This document shows, in pieces, positions 52,701-63,312 of a stretch of 64,000 bases of DNA. The notes under the pieces are model-generated. The model searched no databases. It was not told the DNA's origin and was given only the letters and a program-made list of their open reading frames with translations. Both the position numbers and the translations under genes were made by a program. The stretch lies in assembly GCA_963823665.1 (NCBI GenBank), contig CAWGMQ010000003.1:1088001-1152000 (forward strand), read 5' to 3'. The DNA comes from an uncultured Planctomycetota bacterium. Lineage in GTDB: Bacteria > Planctomycetota > Planctomycetia > Isosphaerales > Isosphaeraceae. Every line of letters begins with the position of its first letter. Position 1 is the stretch's first letter.

Positions 52701-53775
52701 CCTGGGCCATGCGCTTGAGGCCAACGGTCAGATCAATGAGGCGATCGCCAGCTTCCGGGAGGCCATCGAGCTCGATCCCACGTCGGCTAAGATTCGCGTC
52801 AGTCTGGGTGCGATTCTCTGCGATGTGAAGCGCGATTACGACGCGGCGATTGTCTGCTTTGAAAAAGCGATCGAACTTGACCCGAGGATTGCGCAGGCCC
52901 ATGGTGACCTCGGTGTGGCTCTCAACGCCAAGGGCCAGGTCCAGGCGGCCATGGCCAGCTTCCAGAAGGCCATCGAGCTTGATCCGAAGGACGCCAATTT
53001 TCACGATTGGGTCGCCTATCTCAAGTTGACCCATGGTGATCCGGCCGGCGCACTGCCGGTTGCCGAAACAGCCGCCAAACTCGAGCGGAACTCGGCCCAA
53101 ATCCAATTGAACCTGGGACGTGCGCGCGCGGGAACCGGCGATCCTGACGGGGCAGTCGCGGCGTTCAGTGAGGCGCTACGGCTCGATCCCAACAATGAGT
53201 ACGCCCGTGCGGCTCGTACCGAGGCGCAGAGGGACCGCGATCTTCTTCTGCGCCTGCCGGACATCGCTGCCGGCAACGCGGAGCCGAAGACCGCGCGCGA
53301 GGGATGCCGGCTTGCCACACTCTGTGCCTTACAACGGAAACGATACACGACCGGCGTCCGACTGTTCGAAGCAGCATTCGCCACCGACCCCAACTTGGCT
53401 GAAAACATGAAAGTCGCGCACCGCTACAACGCCGCCTGCCTCGCCGCGCTGGCAGCCGCCGGCGCGGACGAGGAATCGGCGAAGCTCGACGACAACGAGC
53501 GAGCCCGCTTGCGGAAGCAAGCCCTCACGTGGCTCCGCGCCGACCTGGCCGTGTGGAGCAAGCAACTGGAGCGCGGTCAAGGTTCCGACCACGCCGATGG
53601 CCGGTCGGCGCTGCGGCGCTGGCAGCAAGACTCCGACCTTGCCAGCATCCGTGATGAAGCGGCACTGGCGAGACTGCGGCCTGACGACCGCACGGCCTTC
53701 ACCGAATTCTGGGCCGACGTGGCGGCACTACTCAAGAAGGCCCAATCGCCACCTGTGAAGGAATTCAAGCACTAA
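49702..53775 (+). CDS. Hanks-type Ser/Thr protein kinase with TM segment and TPR array
   Basis: IARGGMG, AVK, HRDLKPAN, DWGLAK, GTPAYMAPE; hydrophobic segment; more than 10 TPRs; tail YNAAC..WLRADL..WQQDSDL. Confidence 0.92.
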   Translation: MNEPHDPEQTVDSPTVRSGSVDAGPTGEVTAPADAPRSVLSELRSTLGPLQPPRLREADAQTAQTVQAKSDERPRSENAGARYQVSGEIARGGMGAILRGRDIDLGRDLAVKVLLERYVDRPDMARRFVEEAQIGGQLQHPGVVPIYDIGRFGSQPFFTMKLVKGQTLAALLCERCEPAADRPRFLSIALQVAHTLAYAHARGVIHRDLKPANIMVGSFGEVQVMDWGLAKVLAANGIEDQEKAGEAHQEQENVTTVRTARSSGSFGSFGTDTEAGSVLGTPAYMAPEQASGDIANLDRRADVFGFGAILCEILTGQPPYLGRSAEEVRRKAANGDLADARERLKDCGADAELINLTRACLAPEAVDRPKDAQEVAEALTAHLDGVQDRLRKAELAEAEAKTKAVEEAKRRRLTLVLASTVLLAMALGGGGLLWVKVERDARQIALSRDVNEALNKATVLREQAKAVTAGGAALFAQAREQAQRALALVENGPAESALVAQVKRLQNELDQEEDDRALVAALDTARLAQAETVSGENRFARERAIPLFREAFRAYRLAAGKGDPAAAVARIRERPAPVREALLAALDEWDDLADNPIYRINEPHREWLRAVLEAAEPGDGWSGQVRTARRESDVAKRRAALDALAEAADVRKIPARALTRLAGKLGPAQQAKLLRRAQEQYPADFWLNHDLGWALQTVTPPENDAAVRFLTAAVALRPASPGCYVNLGIALRGQGHIDEAIACYQRALELDPNYSAAHTGLSHALFVGGQIEPAIVSLRKAIELAPENTWALSGLGAILCDYKRDYDGALEYFRKALELEPDIAGHHYNLGNALVGKRRLDEAIASFRRATELDPNLASAHMKLGSALRDKGRAGEAIASSRKAALLDPRSAEAHYNLGNALRDNGQIDEAIASFHKAIELDPKFARAHYALGNALRDNGQIDEAIASFHRAIECDPKHAESHVNLGALLCDFKRDYAGAIASFRKGIALEPKLVVAHFNLGHALEANGQINEAIASFREAIELDPTSAKIRVSLGAILCDVKRDYDAAIVCFEKAIELDPRIAQAHGDLGVALNAKGQVQAAMASFQKAIELDPKDANFHDWVAYLKLTHGDPAGALPVAETAAKLERNSAQIQLNLGRARAGTGDPDGAVAAFSEALRLDPNNEYARAARTEAQRDRDLLLRLPDIAAGNAEPKTAREGCRLATLCALQRKRYTTGVRLFEAAFATDPNLAENMKVAHRYNAACLAALAAAGADEESAKLDDNERARLRKQALTWLRADLAVWSKQLERGQGSDHADGRSALRRWQQDSDLASIRDEAALARLRPDDRTAFTEFWADVAALLKKAQSPPVKEFKH

Positions 53776-53871
53776 CGTTTATTTATAACTTTGTGTCGCT
53801 GCGATCGGCGACTGGGGAGCTTGGTGAGGGCGAGGCGGCCTCTCGGGTTCGAGATCGCCCGCGCGGCTCCC

Positions 53872-56268
53872 TTACCGCGCTCGGCGCAGTCGCCGCGGCA
53901 GGCCGGAATAGATCGCAAGCGTGCCCAGGTTGGTGAGGATCACGGCCGAGAAACTGGTGAAGCCCAGGAGGAATGCTCCTGCGACGCTCGCGGCGTTGGG
54001 CAGCAGCGCCGCGCCATGAACCGCTCGGATGCGATCGATGTGAGATCGCGCGAGCGCGCGAAGTGGGCCAAGCCAGCCGAGATCGCGCCGCAGTACCAGC
54101 ACGGCGGCCGGATCGTTGTCCGGGTCAAATTCTTCGGCGACGGAGATCGCCAGAAAGGCTTCGCGAGCAACCTCCGGATGGCGCCGGCAATCGCCGACAT
54201 AAATTGCTTTGAAGCCACGCTGGCGAAGTGACGCGAGCACGTTTCGCTTCGCATCCGAAGTGATTCCGGCAGCGTGAATTTCGAAATCCCAGCGCGGCTG
54301 CCAGGGAGCGAGCAACGTCGTCAGGACGATCGGAAACCAGGCCGATCGGCAATGCGTCCTGTCGCCTCAGCTCCTGGATCGCTTCGAGGGCGTGGGGCTC
54401 GCCTGCGAATCCAAACGTGACCATCCCCGCGAGCCGTCCATCGCACAAGACCTCGATTGGCCTTGCCGTCGCGCTGGAGGATCCAGCCTCGGGCGCCTTG
54501 CGCACGCTGATGTGCGCGCGCCGTGCTCGAACGTGATGCCCTCGCCACGATAGCCGGGCACGATGTCGAGGGGTGCAATCCGATTCGTCGCGCAGGCCTT
54601 TTGCAGCGCGAATGCTCGCTCATCACCGAGGTCGCGAAAGGCGGTGGCGCAGAAACACAGAATCTCCGCCTCGGCGGTGCCGTCGCGACTCTCGACACTG
54701 GCGACCTTGACCCGGGCCTGTTCCAGGGCCGGCACATGGTCGAACAGGATCAAATCTGCGGAGGCGATGCGCTCGAACGCCGACGCGTCGCGAATCAGCA
54801 CTCCGTGGCTGGCGGCGGCCGCGATGTCGCGAAGCGATTCGAGGGAGACGCCCATGCCGGGACCCGTGCTGTAATCCGGCCGGAGGATTGCGGTCGCCAT
54901 GGAGAGATCGCCGACGAGAAGGCCGATTCCGGCGGCGGCCAGCGTTGAGGGAACGGCGCGGTGGCCGAAGCGCTCACCGTGTGTTGTCACGGCGAGGCCG
55001 GTCGGCAAGTGCACGGCCGCACCGGCCAGCTCACGGGCGATCCGAGCGGCACGCGCGGTGTGAGCCAGCTCCGAGACCTCAATTTCCAGCGTGCCTTCAA
55101 CCGACCATGAACCCGCGAAGATCGGATCACCGGCCTGCTTGAGCGTCAGACCTGTTGTGCCGCCCACCAGTCGCTCATCGACGACGGCGGGGCCGTCGAC
55201 CAAGCGCCCGTCGGCTGGAATGAGCTCTCCTGTCTCGACCTGAATCCGGTCTCCCGCCCGTAGCCGCTCGATCGGTAGCTCCACGTGCCGCGCGCCGGCA
55301 CAGAGCCGGGCAAACCGCCGCCGCTGCGCCAAGGGTGCAAGCAACTGCCGGCGCAACTGGAACTGGGCCACGCGATGCTGATGCCGCCAGAAAATGACCG
55401 TCCAGGCCATGATCGACGCGGTCAAGAAGTCACCGCTTGCGAGCGTGCCCCCGACGATCGTGCTGAAGAGAACCGGCAGACTCAAATGCCGGCGGCGCAG
55501 ATCACGCCACGCCGCCTTGATGACCGTACGGTTTGAAGCCAGCAGCAGAATTGCGCTGGCGGGCAACAGGATCGGCAAGGCAAATGTTCCAAGAGCCGCG
55601 AGGCCGACGGAGGCATTCACAAGCCCGAATCGAACCAGCGGCGGGTGTGCGCTGGCCTGGGCGATCTCGCCGGTTTCCAGGCGCAGGCGCTCGAGCAAAT
55701 GGAGCAAGTGCCTCGGTGTGATGGCGCGCGATTCGAAATGGACGAGCAGGCTGCCGGTGAGCTGCCTGATGCGCACGTCGGTCACCCCGTGCGCACCGGT
55801 GAGCTCGGCTTCGGCGCGGGCGGCGAGGTCGCGATTGCTGTTCAAGTCTTCGCTACGGAACCGAATCCGACCGGGCAGGAAGCTCAGAATCTCCCACGTG
55901 GAGAGCAGTGATTCGTGTCGAAATATCTTGAGCGTGGGCTGGTTTGCCGAGGGCCAGGGCGGGGGCTTGTCCGTGGCGACCTCGTCTGCCACGCTCCCAC
56001 CGCGCATCACGGTGGCCAGGCGTGCCAGCACGTCGGCGGCAGCCCGTTCCGTCGAATCATACTTAATCACCGCCTGGCGCGCGGTGAAATCGATTTCGAG
56101 AGACCGAACCTCGCTCAGACGAAAGATCCTGGCGACGAATTTCCGGCAGGCGCCGGGGCGCTTTCGATCGAACAGCCGATCGTCGACGAGCCGAATGGTT
56201 CCGTCGGCCCAGGCAACTGCCGGGCGTGCCGCATCGTCGTTCTCGCCGTTGCCTCGTTCAGCGTGCAT
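53872..56268 (-). CDS. Degenerate P1B-type ATPase-like protein with HMA2-like N-terminal domains (frameshift near 54500)
   Basis: LPGRIRF, GELIPADG, GDPIFAGS, LRPDYSTGP, GVLIR; DKTGT site reads DHVPA, TGES reads VGGT, GDGxND reads GDCRRH. Confidence 0.75.
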
Positions 56269-56549
56269 TGGCGTCCGCTAAGAGGTCTGGCCATTGGCTT
56301 CCTGCGCGTGGCGCTCTGGCCCGCCGCAGCCATCGCGTCTTGCATGGCTTCGACTCGCTCGCCTACCCGGCGCGCGGCCGAGGCATACGCGTCGCCGAAT
56401 GCCTCGCTGGCGGTCTCGAGCAACGGGCCGACCTTCTCCTTCAGCGGGCCGAGCTGCTCCTTGATCTTGTCCCAGTTCTTGGCGATCACAACCCCCGCAA
56501 TGGCACCGCCGCAGAGGAACATCAACTCAGATCTGGTGACCGGCATCAA
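56115..56549 (-). CDS. Small membrane-anchored helical protein upstream of the ATPase-like gene
   Basis: FLCGGAIAGVVIA segment then amphipathic helix ERVEAMQDAMA; true stop may be near 56278 if frameshifted. Confidence 0.6.
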   Translation of the reverse strand: MMPVTRSELMFLCGGAIAGVVIAKNWDKIKEQLGPLKEKVGPLLETASEAFGDAYASAARRVGERVEAMQDAMAAAGQSATRRKPMARPLSGRQCTLNEATARTTMRHARQLPGPTEPFGSSTIGCSIESAPAPAGNSSPGSFV

Positions 56550-56820
56550 ATCCTCCTGAGGGATTCAGTTGTGCACGTCGAACTTTATTCACTGCCCATC
56601 CGACATCTATGATCGCAAAATCCGTACCAAATGGGAATCACACCGCCCGCGACATTCACGGTGCGCGCGGGATTTGCCACTCGCGCGGGGAATAGCGATG
56701 ATGAGGAAAGATGGTGGTCCCACAGATTCCTTCGGCGGGCGTCTGATGGTGGGCATTGGAACTCGCGATCTCACTGCCATCGGTGATTTTTCGGCGGCGA
56801 TCAAACGTCGGGGCGTCGCG

Positions 56821-58164
56821 ATGGGTAAGACTTCTTTCGAGCACATCGAGGCCGCGGGAAGAAAGCGGGCAGCGCGGCCGCGGCAGGAGGGGAAAGTTCA
56901 CCGCGCGGCGGCTGCGCGGTTGCGGCGCGGGCCAGCCCGTCATTTACGAGCGGCTGAAGGGCATGACCCCGCTGCGAATGCCGGGCCGCCGGAGCGCCCG
57001 TCCGAGGCGGGCGAGGGCGACAACCAGTTCCATGTGGTCGTGGTTGGCACTGGGCCCGTGGGCAAGACGTCGCTGGTGAGTGCGCTTCTGGGCCGTTCGG
57101 CGGGTGCTACCGGCGCGACCTTCGGTACGACGCACCGTGGTTGTTCGCACACCTATTCCGTCCAGGGCGTGGAAGGCACGTTGCTCCTGACTGACACGCC
57201 GGGTCTGGGCGATCCTGGCCCGGAAGGTACGGCTCGCGCGGCAGAGGCGATCGACCTTGCCTGCGCGGCCGACCTGGTGCTCTTTATCGTCGACCACGAC
57301 CTCACTCGCACCGAACGAGACACGCTGATCGAGCTGGCCCGGCTCGACAAGCGGTTGATCGCCGTGCTCAACAAAAAAGATCGTTTCACTGACGAGGATC
57401 GGGGCGCGATCCTGGCCAAGATCTGCGAACGGCTCGACGGCTTCGTGCCGCCCGAGGATATCCTGGCGGTCGCAGCCGCTCCCGCTCCGGTTCCCGTACG
57501 CGTGCTCATGCCGGACGGAACCAGCGCGATCGAGCTCGAGGTGGAACCCCCTGAGCTTGAGGCGCTCGAAGATCGCGTGGCTGTGATCCTGGCAGACGAG
57601 GGAGAGGCACTGCGCGCGGGCAACTTGCTCTTGCGCGAGCGGCTGCGCGAGCAGGCCCGACGCACTCAGACCGCGCTCGCGCGGCGCAAGCGGGCGCGCA
57701 TCTTGATCGAGCGCCACCAGTGGATTGCAGCAGCGACAGCGTTTGCCAATCCCGTCCTCGCGCTTGGCCCGCTGGCCGTGGGCGCTGTGCAGCTTCGAAT
57801 GCTGAGTGAAATTGCGGCACTCCATGAGGTGCCGCTTTCCACCGAATCGCTGGCGATGGTTGGCCGCCAGATGGCTCAGACGCTTTTCAAGCTTGGCATT
57901 GCCGAGGCGGCAGGCAGCGTGCTCGCCGGCGTCTTCAAGTTCAACCCACTTGGTTTCGCCGCCGGGGGAGCCGTTCAGGCCGCGACGATGGCGTACCTGA
58001 CGCGCGTCATCGGCGATTCGTTTCTCGAGTACCTCGAGGGCGGGCAAGCTTGGGGCGAAGGCGGAATGCAGGGTGTGTTATCGAGGCACTTCGCCGCGTC
58101 GAGCGCTTCGGGCTGGATCGTGCATTTCGCCAAAGCCGTGATCTCCCACCTGTTCAAACGCTGA
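56821..58164 (+). CDS. Era-like GTPase with DUF697/YcjF-like C-terminus
   Basis: GTGPVGKTS, GTT, DTPG, NKKD; C-terminal hydrophobic helices, AGGAVQAATMAYLTRVIG. Confidence 0.8.
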   Translation: MGKTSFEHIEAAGRKRAARPRQEGKVHRAAAARLRRGPARHLRAAEGHDPAANAGPPERPSEAGEGDNQFHVVVVGTGPVGKTSLVSALLGRSAGATGATFGTTHRGCSHTYSVQGVEGTLLLTDTPGLGDPGPEGTARAAEAIDLACAADLVLFIVDHDLTRTERDTLIELARLDKRLIAVLNKKDRFTDEDRGAILAKICERLDGFVPPEDILAVAAAPAPVPVRVLMPDGTSAIELEVEPPELEALEDRVAVILADEGEALRAGNLLLRERLREQARRTQTALARRKRARILIERHQWIAAATAFANPVLALGPLAVGAVQLRMLSEIAALHEVPLSTESLAMVGRQMAQTLFKLGIAEAAGSVLAGVFKFNPLGFAAGGAVQAATMAYLTRVIGDSFLEYLEGGQAWGEGGMQGVLSRHFAASSASGWIVHFAKAVISHLFKR

Positions 58165-58177
58165 GTCAACGCTGCAC

Positions 58178-59309
58178 TCAGGCGTGGGCCAGCGCGCGCG
58201 TCCGCCCGCGTGAGGCTCTCGCAGCCGGGCGCCCGTTGCCGCTGCTGGCCCAGTCGAGCGATCGCGTGGCGCTCTCGGTGGCCGCCGCGGCCCCTTCGCG
58301 GAGGCCGCGAGCTACGGAGCCGCTCATCGGGCCGAACGCTGCACCGGCGAAGTACACCGGCAGCGCCGCTCCAAAACCGACGTAGTAGATTCCCGAATAA
58401 ACCGCGCGGCCGAGTGCTCCGCTCAAGCCCGGTGCCAGCGCACGGTCGGGCGCGGCGGCCGGCTCGATCACCTGGACTTTTCTGTTGTCGCGGAGCCAGT
58501 GCTCCTGGAAAACCCTGCGCGCTGTCAGATCGACGCGGTGCATGAACTCGGCGTTCAGCAAGGCGCCGGAGATCGCGCCCAACCCCGGCACCTCTTCGAA
58601 GATCTCGAGCTGGAAGGCGAACTGGACGATTTCCTGCACGAAGATTTCTTCCTCGGTCTGCTCGGCAACCATGTCTTCCAGATCGCGCAGTCGCCTGAGT
58701 CTTCGCCGCCGCAGGTCGAGAGAGCCTGATAGGGAGATACTCAGAATGCCCAGGACGAGCTTGCGGCCTTCGACGCCCTCGAGCGAATAGCCGTAACAAT
58801 GCCCGATTTTGCGGATGGTGCGAAGCGCCACCACCATGGCGAGCGGCACATCGAGCAGGGTTGTCCAGAGACCGCCGGCACCGGTCGCCGCTCCTTCGGC
58901 GGCGGCGATTGCAAGCGCGATAAGCCCCGTTTGATGCGCCATGCGATCGCATTCTTCCATCGGCCGATCGTGCATTTCGGTGATGTCATCGATGCCGGCG
59001 CAACTTGATATCCGCTTCGCTGGCCAGGCGCGAAGCGCCGTCATCGGCCAGCTCGACAGCGGATTGGACAAGCGCTTTGGGAATGACCGCACCCACCAGT
59101 TTGGCCGCGGGCTTTGTGATGATGCTCCAGAGCTCGGAGAGCGGATTGGGCGGCTGCGATTTCCAGGCGGCGATTTTTTGGACCTGCGCTGCTTCATAGT
59201 CATTCAATCTGAGTTTTTTCGGGTTGCCGTTCTGATGCCGGCCGACAGTGCCGGGCTTGCTGCTGGACGCCTGTTTCTGCTTCCTGGGAGTCCTCGTCGC
59301 GGCAGCCAT
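58178..59309 (-). CDS. EcsC family protein (frameshift near 59010)
   Basis: AEGAATGAGG..LLDVP..ALRTIRKIGHCYGY; EEVPGLGAISGALLN; RRVFQEHWL. Confidence 0.82.
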
Positions 59310-59459
59310 GGTGATTTTCCCTTTGCGCGAGATGGAAGCCATCTCGGCGGGTCGGGCCGTTGGACCGAGTGCAAACCATGCGAACAGAATCTAACCAACC
59401 GCGTGGATGCGAATTCCGTGCCGGGCCGGGGGCAAATGCGCGCGCTGTGCTGCTTATTA

Positions 59460-59860
59460 CGCGACTGCCGAGAACGAGTGGCTGCTCTTCGTGCCGTTGG
59501 TGGCCAGGACTCCTGGGCGGATGCTGACGCCATGATCCGATCCATGGGGTGGGCTGAGCCGGTGAAATCGCGTTTGACTTCGCGGCCGGAATCGGGCTCG
59601 CGGGCGACGACGTTGACCATTCTGTGCTCGTCGTAGCCGAGCGTGTTTTCCAGGGGATGGTTCTTTCGCGGACGGTCGACAGGGAAAGCGAAATGCCCCA
59701 GACTGACCGGTGCCTTGCTCGAGCCTTTGGTCTGGACGACATCCAGAATGATCCGGGCCTGGTCGGCCCGATTGGTGTAATAGGTGATCGTGCGACGGGC
59801 GGGGATCGGCGTGTTTCGGGCGACCACGGTATTCGCGGCGGGCTGGCGAGTAAGGGCGTC
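59460..59860 (-). pseudogene. C-terminal fragment of an Hsp70-family protein (substrate-binding domain only)
   Basis: NTVVARNTPIPARRTITYYTNRADQ..LDVVQ..LGHF..LGYDEHRMVNVVARE..SGR; no ATPase domain upstream; boundaries approximate. Confidence 0.6.
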
Positions 59861-59910
59861 GAAGACCCGAGTGCGGACGAGCCGCATCAAATTCTTGGGG
59901 TCGAGGGCAT

Positions 59911-59930
59911 TAAAGGTTCCTGACACCTTT
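59911..59930. repeat. REP-like palindrome (second copy)
   Basis: TAAAGGT-TCCTGAC-ACCTTT. Confidence 0.7.
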
Positions 59931-59945
59931 GTTCAATCAGAGATC

Positions 59946-62900
59946 TCACGGCGCGAATGGGTCGGCCGGGAATGTCCGATCGAAGAGGCTCGGCGACGAG
60001 GGCGCGGAAGTCTGCGCGGTCGTGGAGCGGAACGAGATCGGTGTCGCGGCTCATCCAGGCCGCGTCCGTATAACCCACGGCGACCGCCAGGCGCAGGGCC
60101 TCGATCGCCTCGCCGGCCACGGCTTTCAATTGAGCCGGTTTGCGCACGATGGGCACGCACCGGGCCAGTTCGCTGGCCACTTTGTAGAACTCCCCTGGCT
60201 CTTTGGACCATAAGCTCTTGCGCAAGAGCGCGATCCGCACAGCGGCGTCCACACGTCCCTGCATTCGCAGGCTCTCGCCCAGGACGGCGTAATGGTGTGA
60301 CAATGAGCCACGGAAATGGACGACCCCGGGTGAGCGCTCAAGTGCGAACTTTTGATATTCGATGGCTCTTTCGAAGGCCTGGTCGGCCTCATGATACTGG
60401 CGAAGTCCGAGAAGGGCCGAACCCAGGGCTTCCAGAGCAACGCCCAGCCCGCTCTTGTAGTAGACCGCGTCCGGAAAAGAGCTGACCAGCTTGGTAAGAA
60501 TCCCAATGGCGCGTCGTGCGGGCTCGAGAGCGCTGTCGGGATTGCCGGACGCCGTTCCCTCCGACGCGAGTGAGGTATAGCTCGTGGCCAATCCCTCCTG
60601 ATATTCCGGGACGTTGGGATGTTTGGAAACCAGCGTGGACCTGATCTCGATCGCATGACTCAGGGACTCAAGAGCCCCGGCATGGTCGCCCGCGGAGGAC
60701 TGAGCACCGCCACAATTGGTGTAACTGAAGGCCAAGCTTTCCGAGTAGTGCGCGTTCCAGGGAAGGTCCCTTGTCAAGCGCGACCTGATCTCGATGGCTC
60801 GGCGGTACGATTCCGTTGCCTTTGAAGGTTGTTCACTGTTGAAGTAAACGTCACCGAGATTGTGGAAGCTGAGCGCCAGTCTCTCCTGATAGGCGGGCAC
60901 ACCTGGTTGAGACTTGATCAGCTTGGTCTGCACGTTGATTGCCTTGTTGTAGAAATCGGTGGCGGCTCGATGATCGCCGCCGGACTCGGCGACAACCCCC
61001 AGGTTGTTGTAGCTACCGGCTAGCTCGTTCTGGTAGTCGGGGACATTGGGTCGAGATGCCACCAGAGCCTCTCGGTTGGTGGCCGCGCTCCGGTGAGATT
61101 CAGCGGCCCCGGCGAGGTCCCCAGACCGTCGGCGCACTACCCCCAACCCTTGGTGGCTTTGGGCTAGCCTGTACTTGTAGTCCACGACGTCGGGGTGAGC
61201 CGCAACCAGCTCCGTTCCGATGGCGATGGCCTCGCGGTAGGAACCTTCGGCGCCGGGAAGATCGCGGCGCAAACGTTGGACGTCGCCTAGTCTCTCATAA
61301 CTCCAGGCAAGATCGTTTTTGACATCGGCGGCCTCACCTTGCGTTTCGGAAAGCTTGGCCAGCATCGCGATGGCCTGTTTGAGTGAGTTGGTCGCGTCGC
61401 CGAGCTTGCCGAATTGCTGCTGTGCCGATGACGAGTTTGTGTAGGCCCTTGCAAGCTCACGTTCAATGGCGCGCGAATCAGGCTCGCGGGCTAACAGCGC
61501 TTTCCAGAGGGTGATCGCTTTGCCGAACGACTCGCCCGCGGCCGCCTCTTCCCCGGCCAGCGATTGCAGATACGCGAGATTGCCATAGCAAGAGGCCAAG
61601 CCCTTTTGATCCTGAGTTTCCGTGGCGTTTCGCGCGCCGAGCTCGCTGAGGACTTCAATGGCCCTCTCGACCTCCCGTCTGGCCTCTGCATGGTTCCCGA
61701 GCGACAACGAGATTCGACCCAATCCGAACCGCCCTTTGGCCAGCAAGTGCTTCATGCGGTCGTCGGGTGACGGGCTCGACTCCAGCTCGCGTGCCATTTG
61801 CTCGTAGAACTGGCGCGGCTTCTCCAGGAGCCGCTGGCGCAGCGGCTGGAACTCCTTCTGGCCCAACAACACTTCCGCGCCGACGCCCGTGTAATAGTCT
61901 TCGATCGCTTGAAGGGTTTGATCGAGCCGGCGGTCGGCCTCGCTCCTGGCCCGTGTCACCCGAGCGTTGGCGTCGGTCAGCTCAAGGTTAGTCTCGCGCA
62001 GTTTGCGGTTATAGGCCGACTCGCGGGAGTAGGCGATGCTCAGGGCGAGCATTCCCACGAGCACCACGGCGGCGGCGGAAGCCACCAACGTTCGGTGTCG
62101 TCGCATCCAACGTCGCGCACGAATTGACCATGGCTCGCGCCAGGCTGTTACCGGCTCGTCGGCCAACCATTTCCCAAGGTCGTCAGCCAGGGCGCGAGCA
62201 GAGCCATAGCGGTCCTCGGCTCGCGCCGCCAACATCTTCAGGGAGACAGCCTCCAGTGCGCGGGGCACGCTCGGGTCGCGCCGCCGCGGCGGCACGACCG
62301 CCGCCTCACGCACATCCTTCAGCGGGTCGACCCCCCGAAAGCTTTGCTCATCGAAAGCTGACTTTCCGGTCAGGATCGCGTAGAGAACGAGGCCCAGGCT
62401 AAAGATGTCGCTGGCGGGGCCGACCGGTTGGCCCTTGGCCTGCTCGGGGCTCATGTAGTGCGGAGTCCCCATCACGTCACCCGTGGCGGTCAGGGCATCG
62501 AGCGATGGACTCGAAGAAGGTGCTTCCCCTTCTGCCTCGCCGCTGGCGCCGACCGCACCGAGCCGCTTCGCCAGGCCCCAGTCCATCACCAGGGTCTCGC
62601 CGTAAGGACCGAGCATGATGTTCGACGGCTTCAGGTCGCGATGGATCACCCCCTGGTCGTGGGTGTAGGCGATCGTGTTGCAGACCGTGATGAACTGCTG
62701 GAGCAGGCCGCGAAACCTCAAAGCACGCTGGCCGGGGTCGCGTCGCAAGGATTCGTCCCCGTGAAAAGCGTCGATGGCTTCTTGGAGCGTCTGGCCCGCA
62801 ATGAAGGGCATGGTGTAGAACGGCCCGTCGTCGTCCTGCCCCAAACCGTAGATCGGCACGATGCCGGGGTGTTGCAGCCTGGCGGTGATGGCGGCTTCGC

Positions 62901-63312
62901 GGAGGAACCGCTGCCGCGCCGCCTCGTGCAGCTTTTCGGGCCGGATCCGCTTCAATGCCACGGTGCGGTTCAGCTCCTCCTGGCGAGCCGTGAGCACTTC
63001 GCCCAGACCGCCACGCGCATGGTGTCGCTCGGGGCGGTACACGGCGACCGCGCTCAGGACGTCCGGTAGCCCGCGCTCTTTGCTCGAACCTTCAAGACGC
63101 TCGCCGTCCGCAATAGCGTGGGTCTGGGCCGGCTCGAAATCGAGGACACAGTCCATTTCTCGCACCGCGACGATCCGGCGCCGCAGTTCGTCGACGAGCT
63201 CGGGAGATGTCGCGCACAAGTCCTCGGCAGAGGCAATTTGTCCCTGGCGGCGCAGCTCATCCCACCGCAGCAGCAGATCTCCCAGACGGTCCTCGGCGGG
63301 CTCGGGCGTCAT
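59946..63312 (-). CDS. Hanks-type Ser/Thr protein kinase with TM segment and TPR array
   Basis: HARGGLG, VALK, HRDLKPSN, DWGLAK, GTPHYMSPE; AGGAG RBS; a frameshift near 59988 restores the tail LFDRTFPADPFAP* (stop 59946-59948) instead of the track end at 59887. Confidence 0.9.
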
